From positions 64,001 through 128,000 of the forward strand of contig JAVZLS010000001.1 in the NCBI GenBank assembly GCA_038883715.1: a stretch of DNA of 64,000 bases, written 5' to 3'. A program made the translations under genes and the position numbers. This DNA is from Candidatus Bathyarchaeia archaeon. GTDB lineage: Archaea > Thermoproteota > Bathyarchaeia > Bathyarchaeales > Bathycorpusculaceae. A model generated the notes under the pieces. It searched no databases. It had not been told where the DNA came from and saw nothing but the letters and a program-made list of their open reading frames with translations. Of this stretch, positions 38,197 through 46,879 are shown one piece after another; positions within the stretch are counted from its first letter, which is position 1; each line of letters starts with the position of its first letter.

Positions 38197-38853
38197 ATGA
38201 TCTCCGAAGAGCACAAGAAACACTTGCGGGAAGAGTTTGTTGGAAAGCTTCAAAATCCAGTTAGGCTTGTTGTTTTTACGCAAGAATATGAATGTCCTTA
38301 TTGTGCGGAGACGCGGAAGCTCATTGAGGAGTTAGCCGCCTTAAGTGATAAGATAGGCGTAGAAGTTTACGATTTTGTGGCTGACACGGATAAGGCTAGG
38401 GCTTATAGCATTGACAAGGTTCCAGCGGTGGCCATTATTGGCGAGAAGGATTTTGGTTTGCGGTTTTATGGTTTGCCATATGGTTATGAGTTTGGGACCC
38501 TTGTGGAGGGCATAATCGCTGTTTCCCGCGGAAAGTCGGATATTTCTGAAAGTGTTAGAGAGAGGCTTAAAGGCGTTAAGACGCCGATGCACATTCAAGT
38601 TTTTGTGACGTTGACTTGTCCCTATTGTCCCTCTGTTGCTAGTCTAGCCTACAAGTTTGCTGTTGAAAGCGACTTTGTAAGGGCTGACGTTATTGATGTG
38701 AGCGAGTTTCCACATATTGGGCATAAGTACGCTGTTATGGGTGTTCCAAAAACAGTCATAAATGAGAAGGTGGAGTTTGTTGGGACTGTCCCAGAAGACA
38801 TCTTTTTAGAGCATGTTTTGCTTGCCGCCCGCCGCCCAGAATACGTTTTATAG
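38197..38853 (+). CDS. protein disulfide oxidoreductase (PDO, two thioredoxin folds)
   Basis: Two CPYC motifs, KVPA, GLPYGYEF, MGVPK. Confidence 0.92.
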   Translation: MISEEHKKHLREEFVGKLQNPVRLVVFTQEYECPYCAETRKLIEELAALSDKIGVEVYDFVADTDKARAYSIDKVPAVAIIGEKDFGLRFYGLPYGYEFGTLVEGIIAVSRGKSDISESVRERLKGVKTPMHIQVFVTLTCPYCPSVASLAYKFAVESDFVRADVIDVSEFPHIGHKYAVMGVPKTVINEKVEFVGTVPEDIFLEHVLLAARRPEYVL

Positions 38854-38900
38854 TCATTTAAGTGGTGTGAAATCTGGCTGGCAAAAAAGAGTATTTAACT

Positions 38901-39677
38901 TTGGTTTTCGTTTACAGCGGCGAATTTGCAGAGCGCGTGATAAGGAATCTTATAAATGACCCTAGTTTCTGCAAGTCTTGCGGCTTGTACTGCGACTCTT
39001 GTAAGTATGGCGTTTACAGTTATGTGCGGAACATCCGCGCCGCTATAGAGCTTCCGAAGCCCTCGGATTTGCCAGCCTTCATAGATAAGCCAGAAGAATA
39101 CATGCCCAGGAGTGTTCCGAGGGCAGATTTGTGTGTGGCTTCCGGCTTGCACAAGGACCTGCTTTTGGAACTGCCAACTCACATTACGAAGGCTGGTGTT
39201 AAATGCTTAATTGTGCCCGTTGAAGATTTTAACGAGGTTCCATCAGGTTTGAGGAAGCAGTTGGAAGAGCGCTGTCTTGAGCTTGGCTTGGAGTGTACTT
39301 TTCCAAAGCCCTTCTGTTCGCTAGAGCCATCTAAGGATAAGCCTTTCATCTCTCGCTTTATAGAGGAGTTGGGTGTTGGGCGTCCAAAACTTGAGATTTC
39401 CACTGCAAGGCGAGGTGGACGTGAGGTTGTGGAGACAGCTATTGTTAGGCGGAGTGCTCCATGCGGCTCAACATGGTATGTGGCGCGAAAGCTCATAGGC
39501 GTTGAAACAAAACGAGAAATCTTATACGATGCAATTGCGAAGGCTCATCATAGCTATCCATGCACGGCGACAATGAACGTTGACCCAGAGGTTAAGGAGC
39601 CAATTCTCCACATAGGCGGCTACATAATAAGGGAGGAAGTAGAAAAAGCACTGGAAAAGGCTGGATGTACGACTTAA
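38901..39677 (+). CDS. DUF166 family protein with Cys cluster
   Basis: CKSCGLYCDSC, FIDKPEE, PKPFCSL, RSAPCGSTW, HHSYPC. Confidence 0.75.
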   Translation: MVFVYSGEFAERVIRNLINDPSFCKSCGLYCDSCKYGVYSYVRNIRAAIELPKPSDLPAFIDKPEEYMPRSVPRADLCVASGLHKDLLLELPTHITKAGVKCLIVPVEDFNEVPSGLRKQLEERCLELGLECTFPKPFCSLEPSKDKPFISRFIEELGVGRPKLEISTARRGGREVVETAIVRRSAPCGSTWYVARKLIGVETKREILYDAIAKAHHSYPCTATMNVDPEVKEPILHIGGYIIREEVEKALEKAGCTT

Positions 39678-40069
39678 CTTTTCTCTAAACGCTCGATAAG
39701 GTCTAGGACTTTGGCTTTTATGGCATCTCGAATTTTTCTGGCATCATCCAGTGACATTTTTGCGGGGTCTGGCATGTCCCATTCTTCAACATGCTTTGTG
39801 TAAACCACTGGGCAGAGGGAGCCACTGCAGACGATTATGGCTACTTCAGCTTTTTCTTGAAGCGCTCTGGTCATGACTTGGGGTTTTTTGCGGCTTATGT
39901 CTATGCCCTCTTCAAGCATAAGTCTGACAGCGTTTGGATGAACCCTTTCAGCTGGTTTTAAGCCGGCGCTTGTGGCTTTCCAGCCACTTGGCGAGTACTT
40001 GTTGAAGTAGGCTTCGGCGATTTGGCTTCTGAAGCTGTTTTCAACACATACGAATAGGACAGTTTTCAT
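39674..40069 (-). CDS. ArsC/low-molecular-weight phosphatase family protein
   Basis: FVCVENSFRSQIAEA, SAG, WDMPDP. Confidence 0.85.
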   Translation of the reverse strand: MKTVLFVCVENSFRSQIAEAYFNKYSPSGWKATSAGLKPAERVHPNAVRLMLEEGIDISRKKPQVMTRALQEKAEVAIIVCSGSLCPVVYTKHVEEWDMPDPAKMSLDDARKIRDAIKAKVLDLIERLEKS

Positions 40070-40071
40070 TT

Positions 40072-41307
40072 TTAGCCTTTCCAGTCTAGGAGCCGCTTTT
40101 CGCCCTCAATCTTTTTTATGTCTGTTATGTCTTGGGAAACTTCCATCGTTCCCAAATATTTGCCGTCCTTGTCTCTAACCGCGAAGTATCTTATGTGGAT
40201 TAGGCGGCCTTCCTTTTGTATCCAGAATTCCGCCACGTCTTTTTCGCCCCTTCTGAAGGCTTCTAGGATTCTGTTAACCACGTGGACGCTTTTCTGCGGG
40301 TGGCAAAGCTGAACCTTTCTGCCCAAGATAGCCTTCGTCCTCACGAATATGCGTTTGTCGGGCTTGCTGAAGTATTTGACAGCGTCATCCTTATCCACGA
40401 AGGTTATGTCCACTGGCAGCGTGTTCAAAATAGCCTCAATCTCCTCTTTCGTTAAAGAGCCTGTTTCAAATTGTATTGTGCCTTCTGGCATAGGTTTCTC
40501 CTCGGCTGCTGGTTTTTCAAGAGTTTTGGCTGGTTTGGCTATTAAGTGTTCCGGGGTGAAGCAGCAATATCCAATTTCGTCAAAATCCGCCCTTATAGTG
40601 GACCATTCTTGCTCTGTGACAACGCGCTGGGCTGCCGGAAACAGAATGTTGTTCTCCTTGTAAATGTGGCTGTTAAGCATATCGCCCACAGCCTTTGCTA
40701 GTTCGCCAAGCTGCCTCTTAAAATCTGAAAAGTTCATTTTTGCGGCGTTCTCGATTAAGGCTTTGAGCTGATTCTTCTTTTCTCTAAGCTGGTTGTGCTC
40801 CATCCACATTATTGCAGGGGGCTCACTTATACCATGCCTTTCCAAGACTGGGAATAGCGCGTTTTCCTCCCTCAAATAGTGCTTTTCAGCGTCTAAAAGC
40901 TCATCCGCCACATGCCTCAGCTGTGACAGTTCTCCAGCCACCGCATCTGGGCTTTCGGCTTTTTGCACTTTTTCAACCAAGACGTTAAGCTTCTCGGCTA
41001 TTTGCTGAATCATTTTATGCTCTTCTAAAAGTATGCCAATGGGACTGGTTGGGGCAACCTCAACCTTCTGTTTTTCCAACTGCTCCCTAAAAATCGCCAA
41101 GTGAACATCGCAAAGTCTCTGAAGCTCCTCTCTTGATACACCTTCGCTTACGAGTTCCTGTTCAATTTTAGCTATTTCAAGCGAGCTCACGCCCTCAAGA
41201 AACTGTCTAAAACGCTCCTTAACCTGTTCGGGTGGGACGCCAGCATGCAACTGCCTTAAAATTTCTTTTAAAACCTTCTTCCGCTCTTCTTCTGTCACTT
41301 CACCCAT
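40072..41307 (-). CDS. DUF438-hemerythrin-PAS domain protein
   Basis: LCDVH, HYLREENALFP, MWMEH, HIYKENNILFP, LPVDITFVD, CHPQKS. Confidence 0.88.
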   Translation of the reverse strand: MGEVTEEERKKVLKEILRQLHAGVPPEQVKERFRQFLEGVSSLEIAKIEQELVSEGVSREELQRLCDVHLAIFREQLEKQKVEVAPTSPIGILLEEHKMIQQIAEKLNVLVEKVQKAESPDAVAGELSQLRHVADELLDAEKHYLREENALFPVLERHGISEPPAIMWMEHNQLREKKNQLKALIENAAKMNFSDFKRQLGELAKAVGDMLNSHIYKENNILFPAAQRVVTEQEWSTIRADFDEIGYCCFTPEHLIAKPAKTLEKPAAEEKPMPEGTIQFETGSLTKEEIEAILNTLPVDITFVDKDDAVKYFSKPDKRIFVRTKAILGRKVQLCHPQKSVHVVNRILEAFRRGEKDVAEFWIQKEGRLIHIRYFAVRDKDGKYLGTMEVSQDITDIKKIEGEKRLLDWKG

Positions 41308-41308
41308 T

Positions 41309-42499
41309 TTAGGTGCCTCCTTCTAAAATTTTCTTGGCTAATGCTTTCCCAAGCTCCACTATGCGCTTCATGCTCTCGTCTGTTGGCGGTCCATTAATTT
41401 CTAGCGCACCGATAACCTCGATTTTAAAGTCGCCGAGTATTTCTTGAATTTGTCGTATTGCGCCTCCACCCCAACCATAAGAGCTTAAGACAACAGCGAA
41501 TTTTGTTGGTGGACGCAAAGCCTTGAAAAGGTATGTGGCATAAACAGCCAATGGATGGGCTCCGCCCAAAACTGTTGGTGCACCAAGCACTATGGCTCTT
41601 GAATTCACAAGGTCTTTGGCTAAATCGCCAACATCAGTTATTGCTAAGTTGTGGAAGGCTAATTCGATGCCTTCCGATGCTAGTGTTTCAGCCATCTGCT
41701 TAACCATGGCGTCTGTGCTGTTCCACATGCTTACATAGGCTATTGTCGCCTTTGCTCGCGTTTCGCCAGCCGCCCAACGCTTATACGCGTTTAAAATAAG
41801 CTCTGGCTTTCTATGGATGGGACCATGGCTAGGCGCTATCATTCTAATTTTTAGGTTGGCAATTTTTTCTAGGGCTTTCTGTGCCATAGCTCTGAAAGGC
41901 ATCATTATTTCGCCCCAATAACGCTGGGCGTGGACAAGCAAGTCCTCAATTTCGTCACTGTAGACGCCTCCAGCCATGTGGGCGCCGAAAAAGTCACATG
42001 GGAAAAGTATTCCATCTTCTTCCAAGTATGTGAGCATTGTTTCTGGCCAATGGAGCATAGGTGCCTCAATAAAGCGCAGAGTTTTGTCGCCTAGACTTAT
42101 GGCCTCATTGTCAGCTACAACCTTAATTCGCTCTTGTGGAACGTGATAATAAACTTGAGCCATTTTTGCGCCTCTGCCAGTAGCCACCAGTTTAGCTTTC
42201 GATGCGATTTTCATTATGTGGGGTATGGCGCCAGCGTGGTCCGGCTCTGCATGATTCATAACAATATAGTCGATTTCTTCAGGTTTTGTGAGACTGCGGA
42301 TTTTGTCTTCTAAATCCTTTTCGAAGCCCGGATTTACAGTGTCTATTAGGGCTTTTCCACTTTTGCCGATGATGAGGTAAGCGTTATATGATGTGCCTTT
42401 TGGAAGCGGAATTAATGCGTCGAAGATTCTGCGGTTCCAGTCTCTTATGCCGACCCAGTAAACATTTTCTACTATTTTCAGAACGTTTCTTTCAGTCAC
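41309..42499 (-). CDS. fprA: flavodiiron protein (O2/NO reductase)
   Basis: GTSYNAY, NHAEPDHAG, LHWPE, APSHG, flavodoxin SMWNST and SYGWGG. Confidence 0.93.
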   Translation of the reverse strand: MTERNVLKIVENVYWVGIRDWNRRIFDALIPLPKGTSYNAYLIIGKSGKALIDTVNPGFEKDLEDKIRSLTKPEEIDYIVMNHAEPDHAGAIPHIMKIASKAKLVATGRGAKMAQVYYHVPQERIKVVADNEAISLGDKTLRFIEAPMLHWPETMLTYLEEDGILFPCDFFGAHMAGGVYSDEIEDLLVHAQRYWGEIMMPFRAMAQKALEKIANLKIRMIAPSHGPIHRKPELILNAYKRWAAGETRAKATIAYVSMWNSTDAMVKQMAETLASEGIELAFHNLAITDVGDLAKDLVNSRAIVLGAPTVLGGAHPLAVYATYLFKALRPPTKFAVVLSSYGWGGGAIRQIQEILGDFKIEVIGALEINGPPTDESMKRIVELGKALAKKILEGGT

Positions 42500-42509
42500 A
42501 CGCGTTCAC

Positions 42510-42531
42510 CTTTATTACAATTGTAATAAAG
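42510..42531. promoter_or_regulatory. perfect 22-bp palindrome, candidate operator
   Basis: CTTTATTACAATTGTAATAAAG lies between the fprA start and a TATA-like ATAAATAT on the minus strand. Confidence 0.75.
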
Positions 42532-42578
42532 TATATTTATGCCTTTCCCCACAATAATACAAGGGGGAATGAAAAGAA

Positions 42579-42986
42579 ATGCTACTGCCATGCGAGGTCG
42601 CCGTGAAAAGCCTACTCCCACCAGTAAGGGCAGCACTAGCCAAACAACTAATGACAAAACACAACCTAAAACAGATGGAGACAGCAAAACTGCTGGGCGT
42701 AAGCCAACCAGCCATAAGCCTTTACAACAAAAAAATGCGGGGAAAAGCCCTAGACCTGGAAAAAGACAAAGAAATTAAAAGGCTAATTGAAGAGTTGGCG
42801 GATTCCCTGGCAAAGGAGGGCTTATCCCACAGAGATTTTACACTAAAGTTTTGTGAAATCTGCAAAGTTGCTCGTGCAAAAGGTTTGTTGTGCAATATGC
42901 ATAAGGCTTTAGACCCAACATTTGAAACTGAAAAATGCGGATTATGCATGTCTACAGAACTAAAATGTATAACTCAAAACCCTTAA
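42579..42986 (+). CDS. HTH transcriptional regulator with Cys/His-rich C-terminus
   Basis: PCE...QMETAKLLGVSQPAISLY..RG; CEIC, LCNMH, CGLC; divergent from fprA. Confidence 0.85.
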   Translation: MLLPCEVAVKSLLPPVRAALAKQLMTKHNLKQMETAKLLGVSQPAISLYNKKMRGKALDLEKDKEIKRLIEELADSLAKEGLSHRDFTLKFCEICKVARAKGLLCNMHKALDPTFETEKCGLCMSTELKCITQNP

Positions 42987-43024
42987 ATACTAAAGAGCAC
43001 TAAAATGCAGACAAGTCCACGGAA

Positions 43025-43381
43025 ATGACAGTAAAAGAAGCGCTCAAGAATTTTTCCAAGCTCTACTTAATTACTTTAGCCGTTACCTTGATAATCTTAA
43101 CCTCCGGAGCGCTGATCTACGCCGCCATAATGAATAAACCCCTCTCAGGGACTATTCGTGGAGCTTTGATTATCGGGGCGCTTGTTCTGATAGGCATAGG
43201 CTTTGTGAGTTTGCTCCCATTTTCGGAATATAGGTACATAAGAGGTGGCGCTTTAAACCCCGCTATCGCTAGGGAAGGAATGAGGCATATAAGGGCTGGA
43301 AGAGACCCCAAAAGGATGGGAATAATACTGGGATTTGTTGGCTTCACCCTTCTCCTGATATACTTCGCCATCTTTCAGTAA
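43025..43381 (+). CDS. small membrane protein (3 TM)
   Basis: Three hydrophobic segments. Confidence 0.55.
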   Translation: MTVKEALKNFSKLYLITLAVTLIILTSGALIYAAIMNKPLSGTIRGALIIGALVLIGIGFVSLLPFSEYRYIRGGALNPAIAREGMRHIRAGRDPKRMGIILGFVGFTLLLIYFAIFQ

Positions 43382-43387
43382 AATCGC

Positions 43388-44266
43388 TTATTCTGCTAGG
43401 AACTTTATGATTTTCTCGTAAACATCCTTGTTCCTTAAGTCCTCATGCCCCTTGTATATGCTTGGGTTGTCGTTGACCTCAACAACTACGTAATCGCCGT
43501 TAACCTCCTTGATGTCGACGCCGTAAAGCCCCTTCCCAACGACGCTGCAGGCTTTTAGGGCTATTTCCTTGAGTTTTTGAGGCGCATTGTCACGTTTCAG
43601 AGTAACTGTTCTGCCCCATATGAAGCTTGGTTTTCCACGGCGCTTTACGCCGTGTTTCCATTTGCCCTTCGGCATCATATACTTGCAAACGTACAGGACT
43701 TCGCCGTTTAGGACACCCACACGCCAGTCAAAGCGGGAAGGCATAAACTTCTGCACAACAATGTAGTCTGACCGCCTAAAGAAGCGCTTTGCAACCTCTC
43801 GAAAACTTGTTTCGCATGAAACTTTCTCCACATACTTCGAAAAACTAGTGTAAGGTGCCTTAATAACCACTGGTTTTCCAAAAAGCTCAAAGATTTCCTC
43901 TATCTGCCTATGATGAAACTCATCTTTGTTCAAAAACAATGTTGGAATGCGTGGCACATTATACTTTTCGAAGAGCCGGTACTGGTGGATTTTGTTGGCG
44001 CAAATCCTAATCGAAATTGGGTCGTCAACAACTTTTAAGCCAAGTTCCCAAGCCGTTTTTGAGACTATGTAGGCTGTGTAAAGCGGGTCGGTGGTCGCCC
44101 TAATGAAAACCGCGTCATACTTTGGGATTTCAGAAAGCCCGCTTCTAAATAAGAAGTTGAACGAGTGCCCCATCTGCTCAGCTGTTTGCTTAAAGGTTTG
44201 GAGAGCCTCAGCTTCGTCAGAATATGTGAAATTGTATTTTTCAACAAAACATGCTATCCGCGTCAA
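43388..44266 (-). CDS. RimK-family ATP-grasp ligase
   Basis: FIRATT, CANK, PVVIK, FDWRVGVL, YGVDIK, EVNDNP. Confidence 0.9.
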   Translation of the reverse strand: MTRIACFVEKYNFTYSDEAEALQTFKQTAEQMGHSFNFLFRSGLSEIPKYDAVFIRATTDPLYTAYIVSKTAWELGLKVVDDPISIRICANKIHQYRLFEKYNVPRIPTLFLNKDEFHHRQIEEIFELFGKPVVIKAPYTSFSKYVEKVSCETSFREVAKRFFRRSDYIVVQKFMPSRFDWRVGVLNGEVLYVCKYMMPKGKWKHGVKRRGKPSFIWGRTVTLKRDNAPQKLKEIALKACSVVGKGLYGVDIKEVNGDYVVVEVNDNPSIYKGHEDLRNKDVYEKIIKFLAE

Positions 44267-45021
44267 TCAAACCATCCTTTCCCGGAAACCCGGGAAACAA
44301 TTTTAGAAATCATATCAACGTCTAAAGGCGTAATTTCCTCCATCTTTAAGGGTTGAAGCCCACAAAGGTAGGTTTTCCCATTGAAACGTTGAATATGCAA
44401 TTTGCATACTGGAATTTTGAAGGTTTCATAGACTTTTTTGGCTATTTCCCGTACATTGCTATCTTCATGGACGCATTCGCCGAAGAAGGATTTAACGGAA
44501 ACTATTTCGCCACGTAGTGGTTGGGCGCAAACGGCATAACGGTAGTTCATGCCCAAACTTTTGACGGCTCTATATAGAGCGGTTCTGTTTTTGGCTATTT
44601 TGAAACCGTTAAACGAGAAGGGATTGACTGCGAAAACAACGACTGGAAAGCTGAACTCAGCCATTATCTGCTTAACAGAGTCCGTAACAAGATATGGCAT
44701 TACTGGCGTCCCGTTTTTGGAAGCTCTAACCAGCAGAACCGGCAGCCTATAAGCGTCTATGGCGTTTTCCGTTGTTGGGACAACATCGTTTCCAAGGATT
44801 TCAGCGTGAAGCGAAATATAATAGCCTGTTTTCATGTATCTGTAGTCGTTGTTTATATTGAGAATGAAATCTCTAACAGAAGACTTGAGGAAGGCTGATG
44901 GTTTTATTATGGGCGCGTTTGTTCTTAGGTCGATGTTTGAGACGACCAGCACGCAAGAGGCACCAGACAACAGAAAACAGCTAACACCGTCCAGATATTT
45001 AAAATTAACTATGCTAATCAA
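44263..45021 (-). CDS. RimK-like ATP-grasp N-terminal (RLAN) domain protein; start probably GTG near 44952
   Basis: LNINNDYRYMKTGYYISLHAE..G..VVPT signature, followed by a degenerate ATP-grasp-like part. Confidence 0.75.
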   Translation of the reverse strand: MISIVNFKYLDGVSCFLLSGASCVLVVSNIDLRTNAPIIKPSAFLKSSVRDFILNINNDYRYMKTGYYISLHAEILGNDVVPTTENAIDAYRLPVLLVRASKNGTPVMPYLVTDSVKQIMAEFSFPVVVFAVNPFSFNGFKIAKNRTALYRAVKSLGMNYRYAVCAQPLRGEIVSVKSFFGECVHEDSNVREIAKKVYETFKIPVCKLHIQRFNGKTYLCGLQPLKMEEITPLDVDMISKIVSRVSGKGWFD

Positions 45022-45066
45022 CTCTATTCTCGGCGGAGAAACGCTATAAGCTTATATTTTGGCTGT

Positions 45067-46287
45067 TTGAGATTCTCATTTAAAGAGGCAGTCTGTACGT
45101 ATAGAACCTTAGAGGTTCTCGGACCGGAACACGAGTTCTCGCTTGTTAACGAAAATTTGAGGGCTTTGCCAATAGTTGACAAGGTCATAAAGGATGTTTA
45201 TGGGCGAGTTGTAAACTTTGTGGAGTTTGGCAAATTCACCTTTGGAAAAGAATTGCAGCTTCACGTTGTTGAGGTTAAGCCTAACAAGCCCTTCAAGTCG
45301 CCAAAAACCTTTGAAGAGAATATGCATGAGGCTGTTTTAAGGCTTGGTGAAATGCTTGAACGCCGTTATGGTGTAAGGCTTTTAGGCACTGGAATGCATC
45401 CAACATTGAGGCTTGAGGAAACAGCCGTTTGGCCGCATCGCCACAAGCAGATTTACGAGGCTTTCAGCCGAATCTTCAACCTTAAACAGCATGGGTGGCT
45501 TAACATTCAAAGCTTCCAACTTAACATTCCATATGCCAATGAAGCCAAAGCCGTTCAAATGCATAACCTGCTCGCCAACATCTGCGCCTACCTTCCAGCT
45601 GTTTCGGCTTCCTCCCCCATCTTTGAGGGACACTTTGGCGATTACGTGGATAATAGGCTTCTTTTTTATATGGAAAACCAGAAGGAAATTCCATCAGTAA
45701 CCGGAAAAGTCGTCCCCGAATATGTTCAGTCCTTTAGGCAGTATAGGCAGGAAATTATTGGGCGTTATTCGGCTGATTTAGCCAAAATTGGAGCCCACAA
45801 TTGCATCCTCAACAAGGAATGGGTTAACTCAAGGGGCATAATCTTCCGCTTTGAAAGGAAAGCTCTAGAAATAAGGGTCATGGACGAACAGGAATGCATA
45901 AAATCCGACGTGGCTCTAAGCTGCTTTATAAGGGCGCTGCTTAGAGGCTTGATGAAAATGGATGAGCCTTTAATGCCGACGGAAGTTTTGGCTGAAGACT
46001 TCAAGTCCGTCATAAAATATGGCTTAGAGGCGAAAGTGCTCCATTCCAATGGGCCAACAGCTAGACATGTGTGCAGACACTTTTTAAAAGTCGCTTGGAA
46101 AAACGCCACATCCGAAGAGAAGGAATATCTCCCCTTAATAGAGAAGCGTGTTGAACACGGCAACCTTTCAGATGTCATCAGAGAGAAAGTCAAAGTTAGG
46201 GCGCAGAAGACGGATATGCATGAGGCAATTATAGACGTTTACTCGAAACTTTTAAACAGCTTGGAGGCTAATGAGCCCCTATTTTAA
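45067..46287 (+). CDS. GCS2-family glutamate--cysteine/carboxylate-amine ligase; start uncertain
   Basis: GPEHEF, ELQLHVVE, GMHP, HGWLNIQSFQLN, SASSP, NSRG..RF, EIRVMD. Confidence 0.88.
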   Translation: MRFSFKEAVCTYRTLEVLGPEHEFSLVNENLRALPIVDKVIKDVYGRVVNFVEFGKFTFGKELQLHVVEVKPNKPFKSPKTFEENMHEAVLRLGEMLERRYGVRLLGTGMHPTLRLEETAVWPHRHKQIYEAFSRIFNLKQHGWLNIQSFQLNIPYANEAKAVQMHNLLANICAYLPAVSASSPIFEGHFGDYVDNRLLFYMENQKEIPSVTGKVVPEYVQSFRQYRQEIIGRYSADLAKIGAHNCILNKEWVNSRGIIFRFERKALEIRVMDEQECIKSDVALSCFIRALLRGLMKMDEPLMPTEVLAEDFKSVIKYGLEAKVLHSNGPTARHVCRHFLKVAWKNATSEEKEYLPLIEKRVEHGNLSDVIREKVKVRAQKTDMHEAIIDVYSKLLNSLEANEPLF

Positions 46288-46293
46288 TAGAGG

Positions 46294-46836
46294 TTGGAAG
46301 CGCGTATGCAAGCTGAAGGTGAACGCCAGAAAAACTTCTTTAACATTTGCGGCACTTGCAAGATTAACTGTTGCTGGGATGCTAGACCGCCAATAACCGA
46401 AAAGCGTGAAAAAATTATTCTAGAATACTTGAAGGCGCATGGCATTCATATTGAAAATCCTTTCGTGCATGCTGAATATACTTTTCCGAGGGAAGACGAA
46501 GGCGGATACTGCATATTTTATGATAAGGTGACAAGGAAATGCGTTGTGCATCCAGTAAAGCCAGAAACATGCGTCGCAGGACCCATAACCTTCGACATAA
46601 ACAAGGCGACTGGCAAAATTGAGTGGTACTTAAAGATGGAGAAAATCTGTCCCCTCGCTGGAATAATTTACAAGGATAAAGCTCTCCTCAAGAAACATTT
46701 CAAAGCTGCTAGAAGGGAGATTCTGCAGCTTATAAGAGAGCTGACGCCAAAGGCTTTGAGGACCATATTGAAGCGGGAAGAACCAGACACGTTCAAAATA
46801 GGCGAAGAAGAGATAGGAAGGAAAATCTTTAGATAA
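46294..46836 (+). CDS. YkgJ-family cysteine-cluster protein
   Basis: CGTCKINCC, CIFY, CVVH..KPETC. Confidence 0.8.
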   Translation: MEARMQAEGERQKNFFNICGTCKINCCWDARPPITEKREKIILEYLKAHGIHIENPFVHAEYTFPREDEGGYCIFYDKVTRKCVVHPVKPETCVAGPITFDINKATGKIEWYLKMEKICPLAGIIYKDKALLKKHFKAARREILQLIRELTPKALRTILKREEPDTFKIGEEEIGRKIFR

Positions 46837-46879
46837 ACTGTAGACTAGCGTGCTACAGAGAAACGCCGATTCTAGCGTT

